Shown one piece after another: positions 15,079 through 26,912 of a stretch of DNA of 43,404 nt. Source of the DNA: a virus (lineage: Duplodnaviria; Heunggongvirae; Uroviricota; Caudoviricetes). Where the stretch lies: the IMG/VR virus record IMGVR_UViG_3300012662_000013, positions 1 through 43,404 of that record. One strand, 5' to 3'. Each line of letters begins with the position of its first letter. The stretch's first letter is position 1. Under the pieces are notes generated by a model. It was not told the DNA's origin, ran no database searches, and worked only from the letters and a program-made list of their open reading frames with translations. Position numbers and translations under genes: made by a program.

Positions 15079-15516
15079 TTAGTCAAAAGGAACAAGACCA
15101 TCATTTGGGTCAATTACTCCTCGTTCTTGATGGAAGCGATAATTGGTAAATCCATTTTTAAATTGATAAACTTCTACTTCAGGTATAATATATTGATCTT
15201 CCTTATCTACGATTTTAGAACCAAGAGTAATACCAATTGGATCACCCTCTTCTTCATATTTAGATAAATCAATTGCCATTGAGTCTCTCTGACTCTTTAT
15301 AACATGAACAATACCCGGCCCAATATATTTGCTCTCTAATCCCCAATTAAGTTCAATATATTTTTTATCATCCTTAAAATTCAAAAAATCATCAAGGGCT
15401 TTATTAAATTCTTTATAATACTTTGCTTTAACAATTTTGCTATAAATAAATCGTGCCGCACAACCTAATCCAATAGCTGCACTACTACCTAAAAGAAGCC
15501 CGTGGACAAACTTCAT
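15079..15516 (-). CDS. membrane-anchored hypothetical protein, 145 aa
   Basis: AAGGAAGTGA RBS before ATG at 15516. N-terminal hydrophobic helix followed by a basic patch. Confidence 0.7.
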   Translation of the reverse strand: MKFVHGLLLGSSAAIGLGCAARFIYSKIVKAKYYKEFNKALDDFLNFKDDKKYIELNWGLESKYIGPGIVHVIKSQRDSMAIDLSKYEEEGDPIGITLGSKIVDKEDQYIIPEVEVYQFKNGFTNYRFHQERGVIDPNDGLVPFD

Positions 15517-15551
15517 TAAATCACTTCCTTTAATTTTCAAATATAATATAT

Positions 15552-15707
15552 TTACTTTTTCTTGGAGTCTTTAGTGGGATTATAAGCTCCTTGCTGTTTA
15601 GGATTTTCACCCCACATAATTTGATAAACTGCTCTAGTAGCACTATTAGTTGTTCTACGTTTAGCTTTAGAAGCCATGGCTCCAAAAATACCACGAGGTT
15701 TACGCAT
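15552..15707 (-). CDS. small basic protein, 51 aa (MRKPRGIFGAMASKAKRR...), not the frame shown in the track
   Basis: AAAGGAG RBS, ATG at 15707, TAA at 15552, directly downstream of a promoter. Confidence 0.7.
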   Translation of the reverse strand: MRKPRGIFGAMASKAKRRTTNSATRAVYQIMWGENPKQQGAYNPTKDSKKK

Positions 15708-15736
15708 AATATTATCTCCTTTATTTTTATATAATT

Positions 15737-15765
15737 ATTATACAAAAAAATTTTATAATTGTCAA
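15737..15765 (-). promoter_or_regulatory. sigmaA promoter, divergent from the late promoter
   Basis: TTGACA-17 bp-TATAAT. Confidence 0.75.
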
Positions 15766-15819
15766 TTTTACATTTTATATAATTTTTTTACCAAATCGCA
15801 TAAAAATTTTTGGCCATGG

Positions 15820-15848
15820 TTGACTTTACAAATTTTTTGTGTTATAAT
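15820..15848 (+). promoter_or_regulatory. sigmaA-consensus promoter heading the packaging/morphogenesis operon
   Basis: TTGACT-17 bp-TATAAT with TGn extension. Confidence 0.8.
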
Positions 15849-15876
15849 TTTTTTAGAAGGATTGGAGGTATTAATC

Positions 15877-16941
15877 TTGATAAAATTAGATTATACTCTT
15901 GAAACTCCTGAAGAACGAAATGAATTAGTAAAAAAAATTTTAGAGGAAAATCCAAATCCTAATGAAAAGTATTTAGAAATCCTCGCAGATTATCTAATTC
16001 TATGTATGGAGAAACAAGAAAAAAAAGAAAAGAAAATATTAACTGATAATAGATTAATGACAGTTAATAAGCGTGAAACTTCTTTTGAGGGTCTTGTTTC
16101 CTAGTTAGAGAATGGTGAAGATGGTATATATAATTTAATTAATAGTGATAAAAATATGATATTTTAGCCAAAAGTTACAATTACAAAAAAAGATTTAGAA
16201 GAAATTCCTAGCTTAAAACAATTAAAAGATGCTATTACAACTTGGGAAGCAAAAATGAAAGTAGTGAGTGGCAAAGATGCTTTCACTATAAAAAGAGCCT
16301 TGATAGAAATGCGCAAAGACCAATATGTTATTAAAAATGCTTATCGAAAGCCAATAGTGCCGGTTAAACTTACTCGGTCTAAATATAAAATTAGACTAGA
16401 CGAAGATGTAAAAGTATTTGATGATGATGGATATCCAATTCCAGAAGGCGTCTCATTAATGAATCCTGAAATTTGCTCTTGCATCTTATGTAATTATTCA
16501 CGATTAAAAGAAGATAGTTGGGACCGTTTTGAAGATGATACTTGGTATCTTATCTATGATTTTGAAAACACTTGCGATGAAGCTTTGGCTGAGTATCCTA
16601 TGTTAATGCGTATTGTAGAATGTAAAATTGATGGATTGCAAAATGTAGAAATCCAAAAAGTATTACAAGAAGAATTTAATATTACTCATAGCTTAGAATA
16701 TATATCTAGTTTATTCCGTAATAAAATTCCAAAGCTTATTGCCGATAAAGCTGTTGATAAATATTTAGAGTGGTATTATACAACACAAGAAAAAGGTAAG
16801 TATAAAAAATGCAGTCGATGCGGGCAAATAAAGTTAGCCCATAACAAGTATTTCTCTTTAAATAAAACAAGTAAAGATGGATTTTATAGTATTTGTAAAA
16901 AATGTCGAAATAGTTCTCGTAAAGAAAAAATGAAATCCTAA
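15877..16941 (+). CDS. putative DNA-binding protein with HTH-like segment and C-terminal C4 zinc finger, 354 aa (2 TAG)
   Basis: GGAGG RBS then TTG. TAG read-through joins track ORFs 15676-16104 and 16255-16941. CSRC...CKKC motif. Confidence 0.75.
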
Positions 16942-16959
16942 TGAAAGGAGAAATATTTA

Positions 16960-18174
16960 TTGTCTAGCGAAGGTAAACAATATTATTGTGAAAAATGTAA
17001 TAAAACTATGGATGGAACTTAGTTTTATACATCAAATAATTTAGATAAGTATCCTAACGATGGCAAATTACCCCAATGCAAAAAATGTATTACAATGCAT
17101 GTGGATAATTGGAAACCAGATACTTATTTATGGATATTGCAAGAATGTGACGTTCCCTACATCCCTGATTAGTGGAATTAGTTAATGGGTAAATTTGCTA
17201 AGGATAGAGCGAAAGTTACTGGAATGACAATTTTAGGTCGCTATCTCTCAGCAATGAAATTAAATCAATGGAAAGATTATAGATGGAAAGATAGTCAATT
17301 CTTACAAGATTTACAAAATAAAAAAATAGAAGAGACAATGAAGCAATAGGGCTATGATGTATAGGATATAGCTACTGCTATTCAACGTGCTTCATTTGCT
17401 TTACCGACAGAAGAACTTAAAGAGCCACCGGCTCCTACTCCTCCCTCTCTAGATTTTGGGAATCAACAAGAAGATTATTTTAAAGATAAATTGGATTTTG
17501 ATATACCTGACCTAGGGGCAGAATTGACTGACGAAGATAAACGATATTTATATTTAAAATGGGGTAAAGGCTATAGTCCAGATGAATGGGTTCGCTTAGA
17601 GCAACTGTTTAATGAAATGATGTAGTCTTATGATATTTAGTCAGCAGGCCATATTGATACATTAAAACTTGCTTGCAAGACATCATTAAAATCTAATCAA
17701 TTATTAGACATAGGTGATGTAGACGGCGCTCAAAAGATGATTAAAATGTATGATTCTTTAATGAAGTCTGGCAAATTCACAGCTGCCCAAAATAAAGAAG
17801 AATCTGGTGATTTCGTTGATTCTGTTGGTGAATTAATAGAAATGTGTGAGAAACAAGGTTATATTGAAAGATATTATATTGATTCTCCAAATGATAAAGT
17901 AGATTTTACAATTAAAGATATGCAGAAATATACCCGTACTTTAATTGAACGAGAAACTAATCTTGGCAATATGATTGATTAGGCATTAAAACAAAACGCT
18001 AAAGAAGATGAAGAAGCCAAAGAAAACGTCGAAGATACAATTGTTGATGATGTTGATATGTCTATTGAAGATATCGAAAAAACTTTGGAAGATAAAGATA
18101 TTGAAGACTTTAGTGAATTTTTAGATAACGAGACAGAGTTAGATATAGATGCTTTCTCTGATAGAGAAGATTAA
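16960..18174 (+). CDS. putative terminase small subunit / Zn-finger protein, 404 aa (8 TAG)
   Basis: AAGGAG RBS then TTG. N-terminal CEKC...CKKC. TAATG overlap with terL. Function inferred from position only. Confidence 0.6.
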
Positions 18175-19925
18175 TGGCATTACAAGATTTACTTGACTTA
18201 TCTACTAGTCGGAAAAAGATAGGTCTTTCTGAAGAACGTATTAATGCTGTAATGCCTATTATTCGTAAATATACTGCCTTTTGGCGTGAATATCCAGATT
18301 TATTTGTAGATTTTTTAGTGCGAGGAACGCGTACAGAGCCAAAAGAGGGAGAATTTAGATTCTTCTTTTATTAGCGTGTGTTCCTACGATGTGTAATGCG
18401 TTATCAATATGTTTACGCAGTTTTCCCTCGTGCTTATTCTAAATCATTCTTATCAGTTATGGCTTTAATGGTTAGATGTATTCTTTATCCTGGAGTTCAC
18501 TTATTTGTTACTTCTGGTGGTAAGGAATAGGGTGCTAGTATTTTGCATGATAAAGTTAATGAACTTTGTGATTTAATACCTAGCTTCAGGCGTGAAATTG
18601 ACTGGGGCCGTGGTAAGAGCCAAGAGAGTAAAGATAAAGTACGCTATGTATTTAAAAATGGCTCTGTTCTTGATAACTTAGCTGCTAGAGAAAGCACTCG
18701 TGGTCAGCGTCGTCATGGTGGCTTGATGGAAGAATGTGTAGGTATTGATGATTAGATTTTGCGTGAAGTCATTATACCAGTTATGGCAATTCCTCGTAGA
18801 GCTAAAGATGGTACAACCCATGAAGAAGAAGCAGTTAATAAATCTCAGATTTATATCACTACTGCTGGTTATAAGAATACTTATCCTTATGATAGACTAA
18901 TTGGTTTATTGGTTCGTATGATTACTTAGCCTGATAGATGTATGGTATTAGGCGGGACTTGGCGAACTCCTGTAGCTGTTGGCTTACAATAGAAAACATT
19001 CATTACTGACCAAAAGAATGAAGGAACTTATAATGAAGCTTCTTTTGAGCGTGAATATGAATCTATTTGGTCTGGTACTGTTGAAGATGCGTTCTTTAAT
19101 GCGGAAATATTTAATAGAAATAGAATATTGAATTAGCCTGAATATGAGGCTTCTGGCCGTTCAAGTAAATTATCTTATTATATATTAAGTGTTGACGTAG
19201 GCCGTAAAGGATGCGATACTGTTGTTTGTGTATTTAAAGTAACGCCGTAGCCGCATGGTGAACCAATTAAGAGTTTAGTTAATATTTATACTATGAATGA
19301 TACTCATTTTGAAGATTAGGCTATTAAGCTTAAAAAATTATATTATAAATATAAAGCTCGTAGAATTGTAATAGATGCTAATGGTTTGGGCGTTGGCTTA
19401 GTAGATTTTATGGTTAAGCCTTAGATCAATCCTGAAACTTCTGAAGTAATTCCTGATTTTGGAGTTTATGGTGGAACTTAGGATGATGCGGTTTAGGAAT
19501 ATAAAAAATATAAAACCAATAGTACAGAATTAGACGTTTTATATTTGATGAAAGCTAATGCACCAATTAATACAGAAGCACACAGTATTACTTAGTCAGT
19601 ATTAAATTCTGGCAAGATCAAATTTTTAATTGATGAACGAACTGCTAAATAGAAATTATTAACTACTAAAGTAGGTTAGAATATGACTACTGAAGCTCGT
19701 TCTGATTATTTAAGACCTTTTAGTTTAACCACTTCATTGCGTGAAGAGATTATGAATTTGCGTGAAGAGAATGAAGGTTTAAATATTATTTTAAAACAAG
19801 CTAATAAAAGTATTAAAAAAGATAAATTCTCTGCATTAGAATATGGTTTATATTATATAAAAAAAGTAGAAGAAGATAAAAAGAAGAAAAAATTCCGGGC
19901 TGCTGATTGGATGTTTATGAATTAA
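18174..19925 (+). CDS. terL: terminase large subunit, 583 aa (14 TAG)
   Basis: Adenine-binding YQR (Q encoded by TAG), Walker A-like FPRAYSKS, Walker B LMEE, coupling motif ITTAG, RuvC-like SVDVG...IVIDANG...DKFSA. Confidence 0.9.
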
Positions 19926-19934
19926 GCCGGGCAA

Positions 19935-19978
19935 CTCTTATTATTCTTTTAAATTAATTTTTAAAAGAATAATAAGAG
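19935..19978. repeat. perfect 19-bp inverted repeat with a 6-nt loop
   Basis: CTCTTATTATTCTTTTAAA-TTAATT-TTTAAAAGAATAATAAGAG. Confidence 0.85.
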
Positions 19979-20014
19979 GAATTTATTTGTAGATAAAGAA
20001 AGGAGACTTAATAT

Positions 20015-20371
20015 ATGGATGCCAGTCGTGCGGAAATTAAGATTAGAGAAATCTTAGAAGAAGCCGGCCTGAATTTTAAAATGGAATATATTTTCCCAGA
20101 TTTAAAAACACATAATGGTCGTCCTTTGCGTTTTGATTTTGTTATATTTGATGATGATAATAATATTGATTTTTTAATTGAATATCAAGGTAAACAACAT
20201 TATGAAGCCAGTAATAAATTTGGTGGTAAACGTGGTTTATACCAGTAGCAATATAATGATAATCAAAAACGTAGATTCTGTGCTTTACACGATTTACATT
20301 TAATAGAAATTCCTTATACAGAAGAAAATTTAATTTCTTACGATTATATAATGCGAAAGGCTGGATATTAA
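20015..20371 (+). CDS. PD-(D/E)xK / Vsr-like endonuclease, 118 aa (1 TAG)
   Basis: RFDFVIF...LIEYQGKQH...D..KR.FC...LIEIPY pattern. AAGGAG RBS. Confidence 0.7.
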
Positions 20372-20388
20372 TTGAAAGAAGGTGAAGT

Positions 20389-22083
20389 ATGGAATTAGAA
20401 AAAGAAGAATTAACCAGAAATGAATAGATACATAAAAAAGGTTTTGATATAACTGGAGGAACACGAGAGTATTCTGCGGTTGGTCCTAGTGAATATAAAA
20501 AGATTAAAGTTGGCGTTAAGACATTAGATGATGCAGTTTTAAATCTTGGTTCATTCAGATGGGATACATATGGTCGTCGTAATGAAAAATATAGCCGTGA
20601 GCGCATTTATACTAAACCTATGGTTATGGATGCTTTGATTCGTAATGATATTCCAGAGCTGCGAAGAATATCACGCTTCTTTTTTAGAGTAAGTGGTATT
20701 TATCAAAGAGTATGTAATTACTTTGCAAATATGTATCGTTATGATTGGGCTATTGCTATTTAGTCTAATAATACTGATGGCTCAACCGTCAAAGATATTA
20801 ATGAGACAAAGGCAGTAAAAGATTTCTGGCGAATTTTAAATTATTTAGATAATTCTTATATTAAGAAGATTTGCGGCGATATGGCTCTTGAAGTTATTAA
20901 ATGTGGAGCTTATTACGCTTATATCGTTCCATCTAGCACTGGATTAGTTTTATAGCAACTTCCTATTGACTATTGCCGTTCTAGATATTCAGTAGGTAAT
21001 TTGCCTGCTATTGAATTTGATATGAGATATTTTGATACTTTTGTAGATACTAATTATCGTAATAGAGTATTAAAATTATTCCCTGATGAATTTACAGTAG
21101 GTTATCGTCTTTATAGGGCCGGTAAACTTTTGCCTGATGTAGCTGGTGATAATAGCGGTAGCTGGTATTTATTAGACCCGCAGAGTACTATTAAATTTGC
21201 TTTAAACGGCACTAATGATATTCCATTATTTGTAAATGCTATTCCAGCGATTTTAGATTTGGATGCCGCACAAGATTTAGACCGTCGCAAGCAAATGCAA
21301 AAATTATTAAAGATTTTAGTTTAGAAATTACCGCTTGACAAAAATGGTGATTTAATCTTTGATATTGATGAAGCTCGCGATATACATAATAATGCTGTTG
21401 AAATGCTTCGTAGAGCAGTGGGTGTTGATGTATTAACTACTTTTGCAGATGTAGAAGCAATTGATACATCTGATAAGAACACTTCTACAACCACTGATGA
21501 ATTAGAGCGTGTTGAGCGAACTGTGTATAATGCTTTTGGTGTTTCACGCAATTTGTTTAATACGGATGGTAATATTGCATTAGAAAAATCTATTTTAGAT
21601 GATGAATCTACTATGCGTAATTTAATTTTGCAATTCAACATATTTTTTGATAGAATATTATCAGTCCTAAATGTTTAGAAAAAATATAATTATAAGTTCT
21701 ATATGTTAGAAACTACACAATATAATTATAAAGATTTGTCTAAGATGTATAAAGAGCAAACTTAGATTGGTTTCTCTAAAATGCTACCTTAGATTGCTCT
21801 TGGACAATCACAGAGTTTTATTCTTAATACAGCTCATTTTGAAAATGAAGTTCTACATTTAAGTGAAGTTATGATACCGCCTCTTATGAGTTCTACTCTG
21901 AACGGTGAAGATATTTTGGGTAAAAAAGATTAGAATAGTTCTAGCACTTCTCAAAATAAAACAAGTGGAAATTCTACCACTACTACTGTGAAAACGGAAA
22001 CTAAAGAGAGCGGCCGGCCAGAAAAAGCTAACGACGAAAAGAGCGAAAAAACAATTGCTAATCGTCAAGCGGCTGGTAAATAA
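20389..22083 (+). CDS. portal protein, 564 aa (8 TAG)
   Basis: Lies between terL and the protease. Size fits. Low-complexity C-terminal tail with GRP. Frame free of TAA/TGA. Confidence 0.75.
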
Positions 22084-22095
22084 GGAGGATTTATA

Positions 22096-23658
22096 GTGAG
22101 ACATACAAGTGTTAAGTTAGATACTCCTGTTGAGTTTATTAATATCACTAAAATCAATCCTTTAATTTCTAAATGTTAGATTAAAGTTTGTTATGTTGGT
22201 GATAAACCAAATCGCAATAGAAGTGTTATAACAAAAGAAGTTGCTAAAGATTTAGCGTAGAGTTTGCCGGGTAGTCCTATTGTTGGCTACTTTAATGAAG
22301 CCAATGGGGATTATGAAGAACATAATCGTGTAATTGATATTTCTAATGGCAAATTTGATATAAAAGATACTACTGTTCCTTACGGTTTTGTAGATTTAGG
22401 AGCGAAAGTATGGTTTTAGAAATTTTTAGATGATGGAAAAAACGAGCATGAATATTTAATGACTGAAGGCTATATCTGGACAGATATTTATCCAGAAAGC
22501 AAACGTATTATTGAAAAAGGTAATAATCAATCTATGGAATTAGATGATGAAAAAATTAATGCGTATTGGTCGAAAGATAAGAATGGAATGCCCGAATTTT
22601 TTATTATAAATGAAGCGATAATTAAGAAACTTTGTATTCTTGGAGAAGATTGTGAACCTTGCTTTGAAGGAGCTAATATTACTGCACCTACAATGCATTT
22701 CTCATTTAGTGATAAATTTAATGAGCAATTATTCTCTATGATGAAAGATTTAAAAGAATTATTAGAAGGTAAAGGAGGAACAAAAGTGTTCACAAGATAC
22801 AATGTGGAGATTGGTGATTCCATTTGGACTTCTCTTTATTCTTACATTAAGGGCTTCGGTGCTGGTAATGCAGTGATTGAAGAAGTTTGCGAAGACAATG
22901 GTAATTTATTTGCTGTTGTTAAGGAAGATGACAAGTTCGTTCGTTTAGATTTTTCTATGGAAAATGATACTTTCACTCCTGGCGAAGTTTCTGAATTAAC
23001 TGATTATTCTGTTTCTGAGAACCCTCAATTCGATTCTGAAAAAGTCGCAGAATTTGCGAAAAAAAAGGACGAAAAAGATAAAGACAATAAAGAGAATAAT
23101 GATAATAATAAGGAAGATTCTTCTGACGATAAATCAAAAGATGACGAAAAGAAGGATACTTCTGAAGATAAACCTGCTGATACTTCTGACAAAGAAGAGA
23201 AGCCAGCTAAGGATGATGAAGAAGAAAAGAAGAAAAAGAAAGCTAAGTATTCTTTAGAAGACGTAGTTGAATATGGTTTATTAAAAGATGAGTATGCAGC
23301 TCTTGAAACTAAGTATAATGAATTAGTTGAAAAGCAATCGCAACTTGAACAAGAACTTGCTTCTTTAACCCAGTTTAAGACTGAGGCTGAAAGAGAAAAG
23401 AAGCAAGAGATGATTAATAGTTTCTATATGTTATCTGATGATGATAAGAAAGATGTTGTTGCCAATATTGATACTTATTCATTAGATGATATTGAAGCAA
23501 AGCTTTCTATTATTTGTGTTCGCAATAAGGTCAATTTCGATACTAATGTAAATAAAGAAAATGACCCACTTACATATAATATTAATAATGATGTAAATGA
23601 AGATAGCATTCCTGCTTGGATTAAGGCAGTATAGGATGTTGCGAAAACTATGGAATAA
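22096..23658 (+). CDS. prohead protease fused to an acidic coiled-coil scaffold, 520 aa (4 TAG)
   Basis: AAGGAGG RBS then GTG. Globular N-terminal domain (NRNRS, PIVG, E..H, SME motifs), a K/D/E-rich linker, a coiled coil and a PAWIKAV terminal helix. Confidence 0.7.
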
Positions 23659-23682
23659 TAAATTTTTAAGGAGGAAAACCTA

Positions 23683-24459
23683 ATGCTTTTAAAAGATATG
23701 CTTAAAGACCTAAGCGGCGTATCTGCTGTTAAGGGCGGTTACGTTGAATATGGCTATGGTCAGGTTGAGCCTAATCATTTAAGTGCTCAGCGCACTGGTC
23801 AGATTTATGCTCAGTTACCTGCTAATAAAAATATCCAGCTTCTTGAAAATGGCCAGTTTGTTAAGTATGACTATGCTGCTGGTGAGCTTGGTGAAGTTGA
23901 TTTCACTGGCAAGGGCGAATGGATGTTAGTTTATAATGAGATTAAACTTTATCGTGAGGAACAGGCCGATTGCGAATTTGCTATGCGCAAGGACGATTAT
24001 TAGGCTCGTTACTACAGCCCATATGATGGCAAGCAGGAGATTGGCACGCGTCAGGCTCGTTACCTAAACGGCAAGGATGCTGCTGGTAATACTTCTATAA
24101 CTATTAAGGATAGCCAGGGTGTAGAACATACTTATGAATATGATGATGTTACTGCTGGTCCTGATATCCGTGAACTCTTCTATGAAGAAGATCCTTTACA
24201 TTTCGATGGTCCTTATGAGGCCCGCAGAATGCCTGCTGGCACTAATATGGTTCCTCGTGTTTTAAAGACCAATGTTGGTGATATTTTTACGACTAATACT
24301 ATTGCTGAAGCTACTCTTGTAGTTGGCGATATTTTAAGCCCTCGTGCTACTGACGGTATGCTTTCTAAGTCTGGTGATGGCTCTATCCAGTGGTAGGTTG
24401 TTAAGGTTTATGAAATGCCTGACCATCAGAAGGGCGTTAAGATTATGCGAATCGCGTAA
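23683..24459 (+). CDS. head structural protein, decoration-like, 258 aa (2 TAG)
   Basis: AAGGAGG RBS. Sits between scaffold and capsid genes. Frame continues past TAG 24001 to TAA 24457. Confidence 0.6.
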
Positions 24460-24476
24460 GAAAGGAGAGAAGAAAA

Positions 24477-25613
24477 ATGTTAGATAGAAAAAATCTTGTT
24501 CAATTAATGAAGACTGTCGCTAAGGCTGATCCTTCTACTCCTACTGCTTACAGCTTTAATGGCGAAAGCCTTTCTTATGATGCTCTTAATGAAACTCTCC
24601 GCAGAGAATTAAATGAACTTGCTGGAACTTATTCTCTATATCGTGATAATAAGAACCTTATTTTCTCAATGATTGAGGAAACTATTGATGAAGTTCTTCC
24701 TAAGAAAGTTGAAGAGCAATATAATCAGTTTGCTGAAGTTAAGACTTTCAAGCAGGGTGACAAGCCCATCTTCCGCAGAAAGTTCAGCAATAATACTCGT
24801 GCAAAGCAATTCATTACCCGTGTCGGCCTAGCTGGTATCTATGAAGTATTCAAGCTTGGTAAGACCGAAGAAAGCTTTGAAGTCCGTACAAGTGCTATCG
24901 GCGGAGCTGCTCAAATTGGCTTTGAAGAGTTCCTTGATGGCCGTGTCGATTTTGGTACTGTCACCCAGATCGTTATGGAAGGTATGGACGAGCTTATCTA
25001 TAAAGAGATTGCTGGTGCATTAAAGGCCTCTATTAACCAGTTACCTCCTGCTAATCGTGTTGTTGGTAATGGTTTTGATGAACCCGCGTTTGATAAGTTA
25101 CTTATGATTGCTTCTGCTTATGGTACTCCTACTATTTATTGCACATATGAATTTGCTGTTCGTATGATTCCGAAGGATGCTTGGCGTTATACTGAAGCTA
25201 TGAAGAATGAGCTTTGGAACACTGGCCGTCTTGCTTCTTATAAGGGTTATAAAGTTGTTATCCTTGAGCAGGGATTCGAAGATGCTACCAATGAAAAGAA
25301 GGTCATTGACCCAGGTTATGCTTGGATTATTCCTACTGGTGCTGATAGTAAGCCTGTAAAGGTTGCTATGGAAGGCAATACCATTGTTGATGAATATACT
25401 AATTATGACCGCAGCCGTGAAATTCAGGTTTATAAGAAGGTTGGCGTTATTGCTATGTTAGCTAATAACATCTGCTGCTACTGTGATACCGAACTTCTTG
25501 GCGATATGAAGACTTGGCATCTTGATGGTGTAACTGGTAAGGTCCGTGATTATGCTGGCCAGATTACTGGTTCTCACGACACTATTGATGGCGGAAATGA
25601 AGATACTCCGTAA
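24477..25613 (+). CDS. major capsid protein, 378 aa (0 TAG)
   Basis: Position and size, highly expressed codon style, AAGGAG RBS, strong terminator downstream. Confidence 0.8.
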   Translation: MLDRKNLVQLMKTVAKADPSTPTAYSFNGESLSYDALNETLRRELNELAGTYSLYRDNKNLIFSMIEETIDEVLPKKVEEQYNQFAEVKTFKQGDKPIFRRKFSNNTRAKQFITRVGLAGIYEVFKLGKTEESFEVRTSAIGGAAQIGFEEFLDGRVDFGTVTQIVMEGMDELIYKEIAGALKASINQLPPANRVVGNGFDEPAFDKLLMIASAYGTPTIYCTYEFAVRMIPKDAWRYTEAMKNELWNTGRLASYKGYKVVILEQGFEDATNEKKVIDPGYAWIIPTGADSKPVKVAMEGNTIVDEYTNYDRSREIQVYKKVGVIAMLANNICCYCDTELLGDMKTWHLDGVTGKVRDYAGQITGSHDTIDGGNEDTP

Positions 25614-25647
25614 TTGATATTAACTAAAAATTAATATATAATATTTT

Positions 25648-25689
25648 TAGGGGAGAATGGGGAAATCCCCTTCTCCCCTATTTTGTTTT
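25648..25689 (+). terminator. intrinsic terminator after the capsid gene
   Basis: TAGGGGAGAA-GGGGA/TCCCC-TTCTCCCCTA followed by TTTTGTTTT. Confidence 0.8.
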
Positions 25690-25711
25690 ATGAGTAAAAG
25701 GAGAATAAAAA

Positions 25712-26278
25712 ATGAATAAAAAGATTTTGTTAGTTACTAACAGAAGTGCTGGGATGGTTGTTTATAATATTCCAGAAGAGGGCATCCGTAGAGAATTTAT
25801 GCCTGGTGAAACTAAGAAGATTCCTTTTGAAGAGTTAGAGAAGCTTGCCTATCTTAGCGGTGGCCGCACTTTAATGGAAAATTTCTTAAAAATTGTAGAT
25901 ACTGAAACTACACAAGAGTTAGGTATTCATACAGAACCCGAATATTATTTAGATGATGCTGGAGTTATTAAGCTTCTTACTGAAGGAACGCTTGATGAGT
26001 TCCTTGATTGTCTCGATTTCGCTCCTATTGGAGTTATTGATATGATTAAGAGCTATGCTGTCTCTCTTCCTATGAGCGATTATAATAAGCGTAAGGCTCT
26101 TAAAGATAAGACTGGATTTGACCTTGATAGAGCATTAGCTAATAAGGAAGCTGAAGCTGCTGAGGATGAGCAGATTACTCCAAAGGCACCTGAACGTAGA
26201 GTAAAGACTGAAACTAAGTCTACAATGCCTCCTGGCCGCAGAACTGCTCCTCGTTATAATGTTGTAAAAGAAGGTTAA
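25712..26278 (+). CDS. conserved-looking head-associated hypothetical protein, 188 aa (0 TAG)
   Basis: AAAGGAG RBS. Immediately after the capsid gene. Confidence 0.75.
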   Translation: MNKKILLVTNRSAGMVVYNIPEEGIRREFMPGETKKIPFEELEKLAYLSGGRTLMENFLKIVDTETTQELGIHTEPEYYLDDAGVIKLLTEGTLDEFLDCLDFAPIGVIDMIKSYAVSLPMSDYNKRKALKDKTGFDLDRALANKEAEAAEDEQITPKAPERRVKTETKSTMPPGRRTAPRYNVVKEG

Positions 26279-26300
26279 TTATAAATAAGGAGGGTTTTAT

Positions 26301-26912
26301 ATGACATATTTTTATAAAGTTTATGAACGCTTTTTAGGTAAAGTAACAGATGATATGTATTTAGAACTTACTCCTCGTGATACATTTTTAGATTTACGCC
26401 AATTACTTGTTGATAGTATTCCTGGATTTGAATTTCCACGTAAACGATTAGACTATGTTTTAGTTGATGAAGATGCTCCTGATTTTATAAAAGGAGAGAT
26501 TGATGGCGGAGATATTGACATTCCACTGGGCGGAGATTTATCTGAAGAAGTAACTGGTAGTAATATTGATATAGATAATGCTTTTTAGGAGATATTTTCT
26601 GAGGAAAATACCTCCTATTTTAATGCCGATTTAGATGATGAAGAAATAAATATCTTAGCTTTGATTATGGTTGAAGCCTGGGTAGAGCGTCAATTGGCAT
26701 CTATTGAAGTAACTAGAATGAAGTATTCTGGCACAGATTTTAAATTTACTTCATAGGCAAACCATATGTCAAAATTGTTATCATTGAGAACAGAAGTAAG
26801 ACGTTAGGCATTTCATATGCAAAGATTATATAAGCGTCGTAAAACTGATGATAATGGATATATTAAATCCAATTGGTCTATCTTAAGGGAGGTAAGCGCC
26901 CTTGATGACTAA
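26301..26912 (+). CDS. putative head-tail adaptor, 203 aa (3 TAG)
   Basis: AAGGAGG RBS. Frame open to TAA 26910. Function inferred from synteny. Confidence 0.6.

Noticed and set aside
23054-23257. Lys-rich ORF or repeat element in the scaffold region
   Set aside because: An off-frame reading of the low-complexity K/D/E linker of the protease-scaffold gene.
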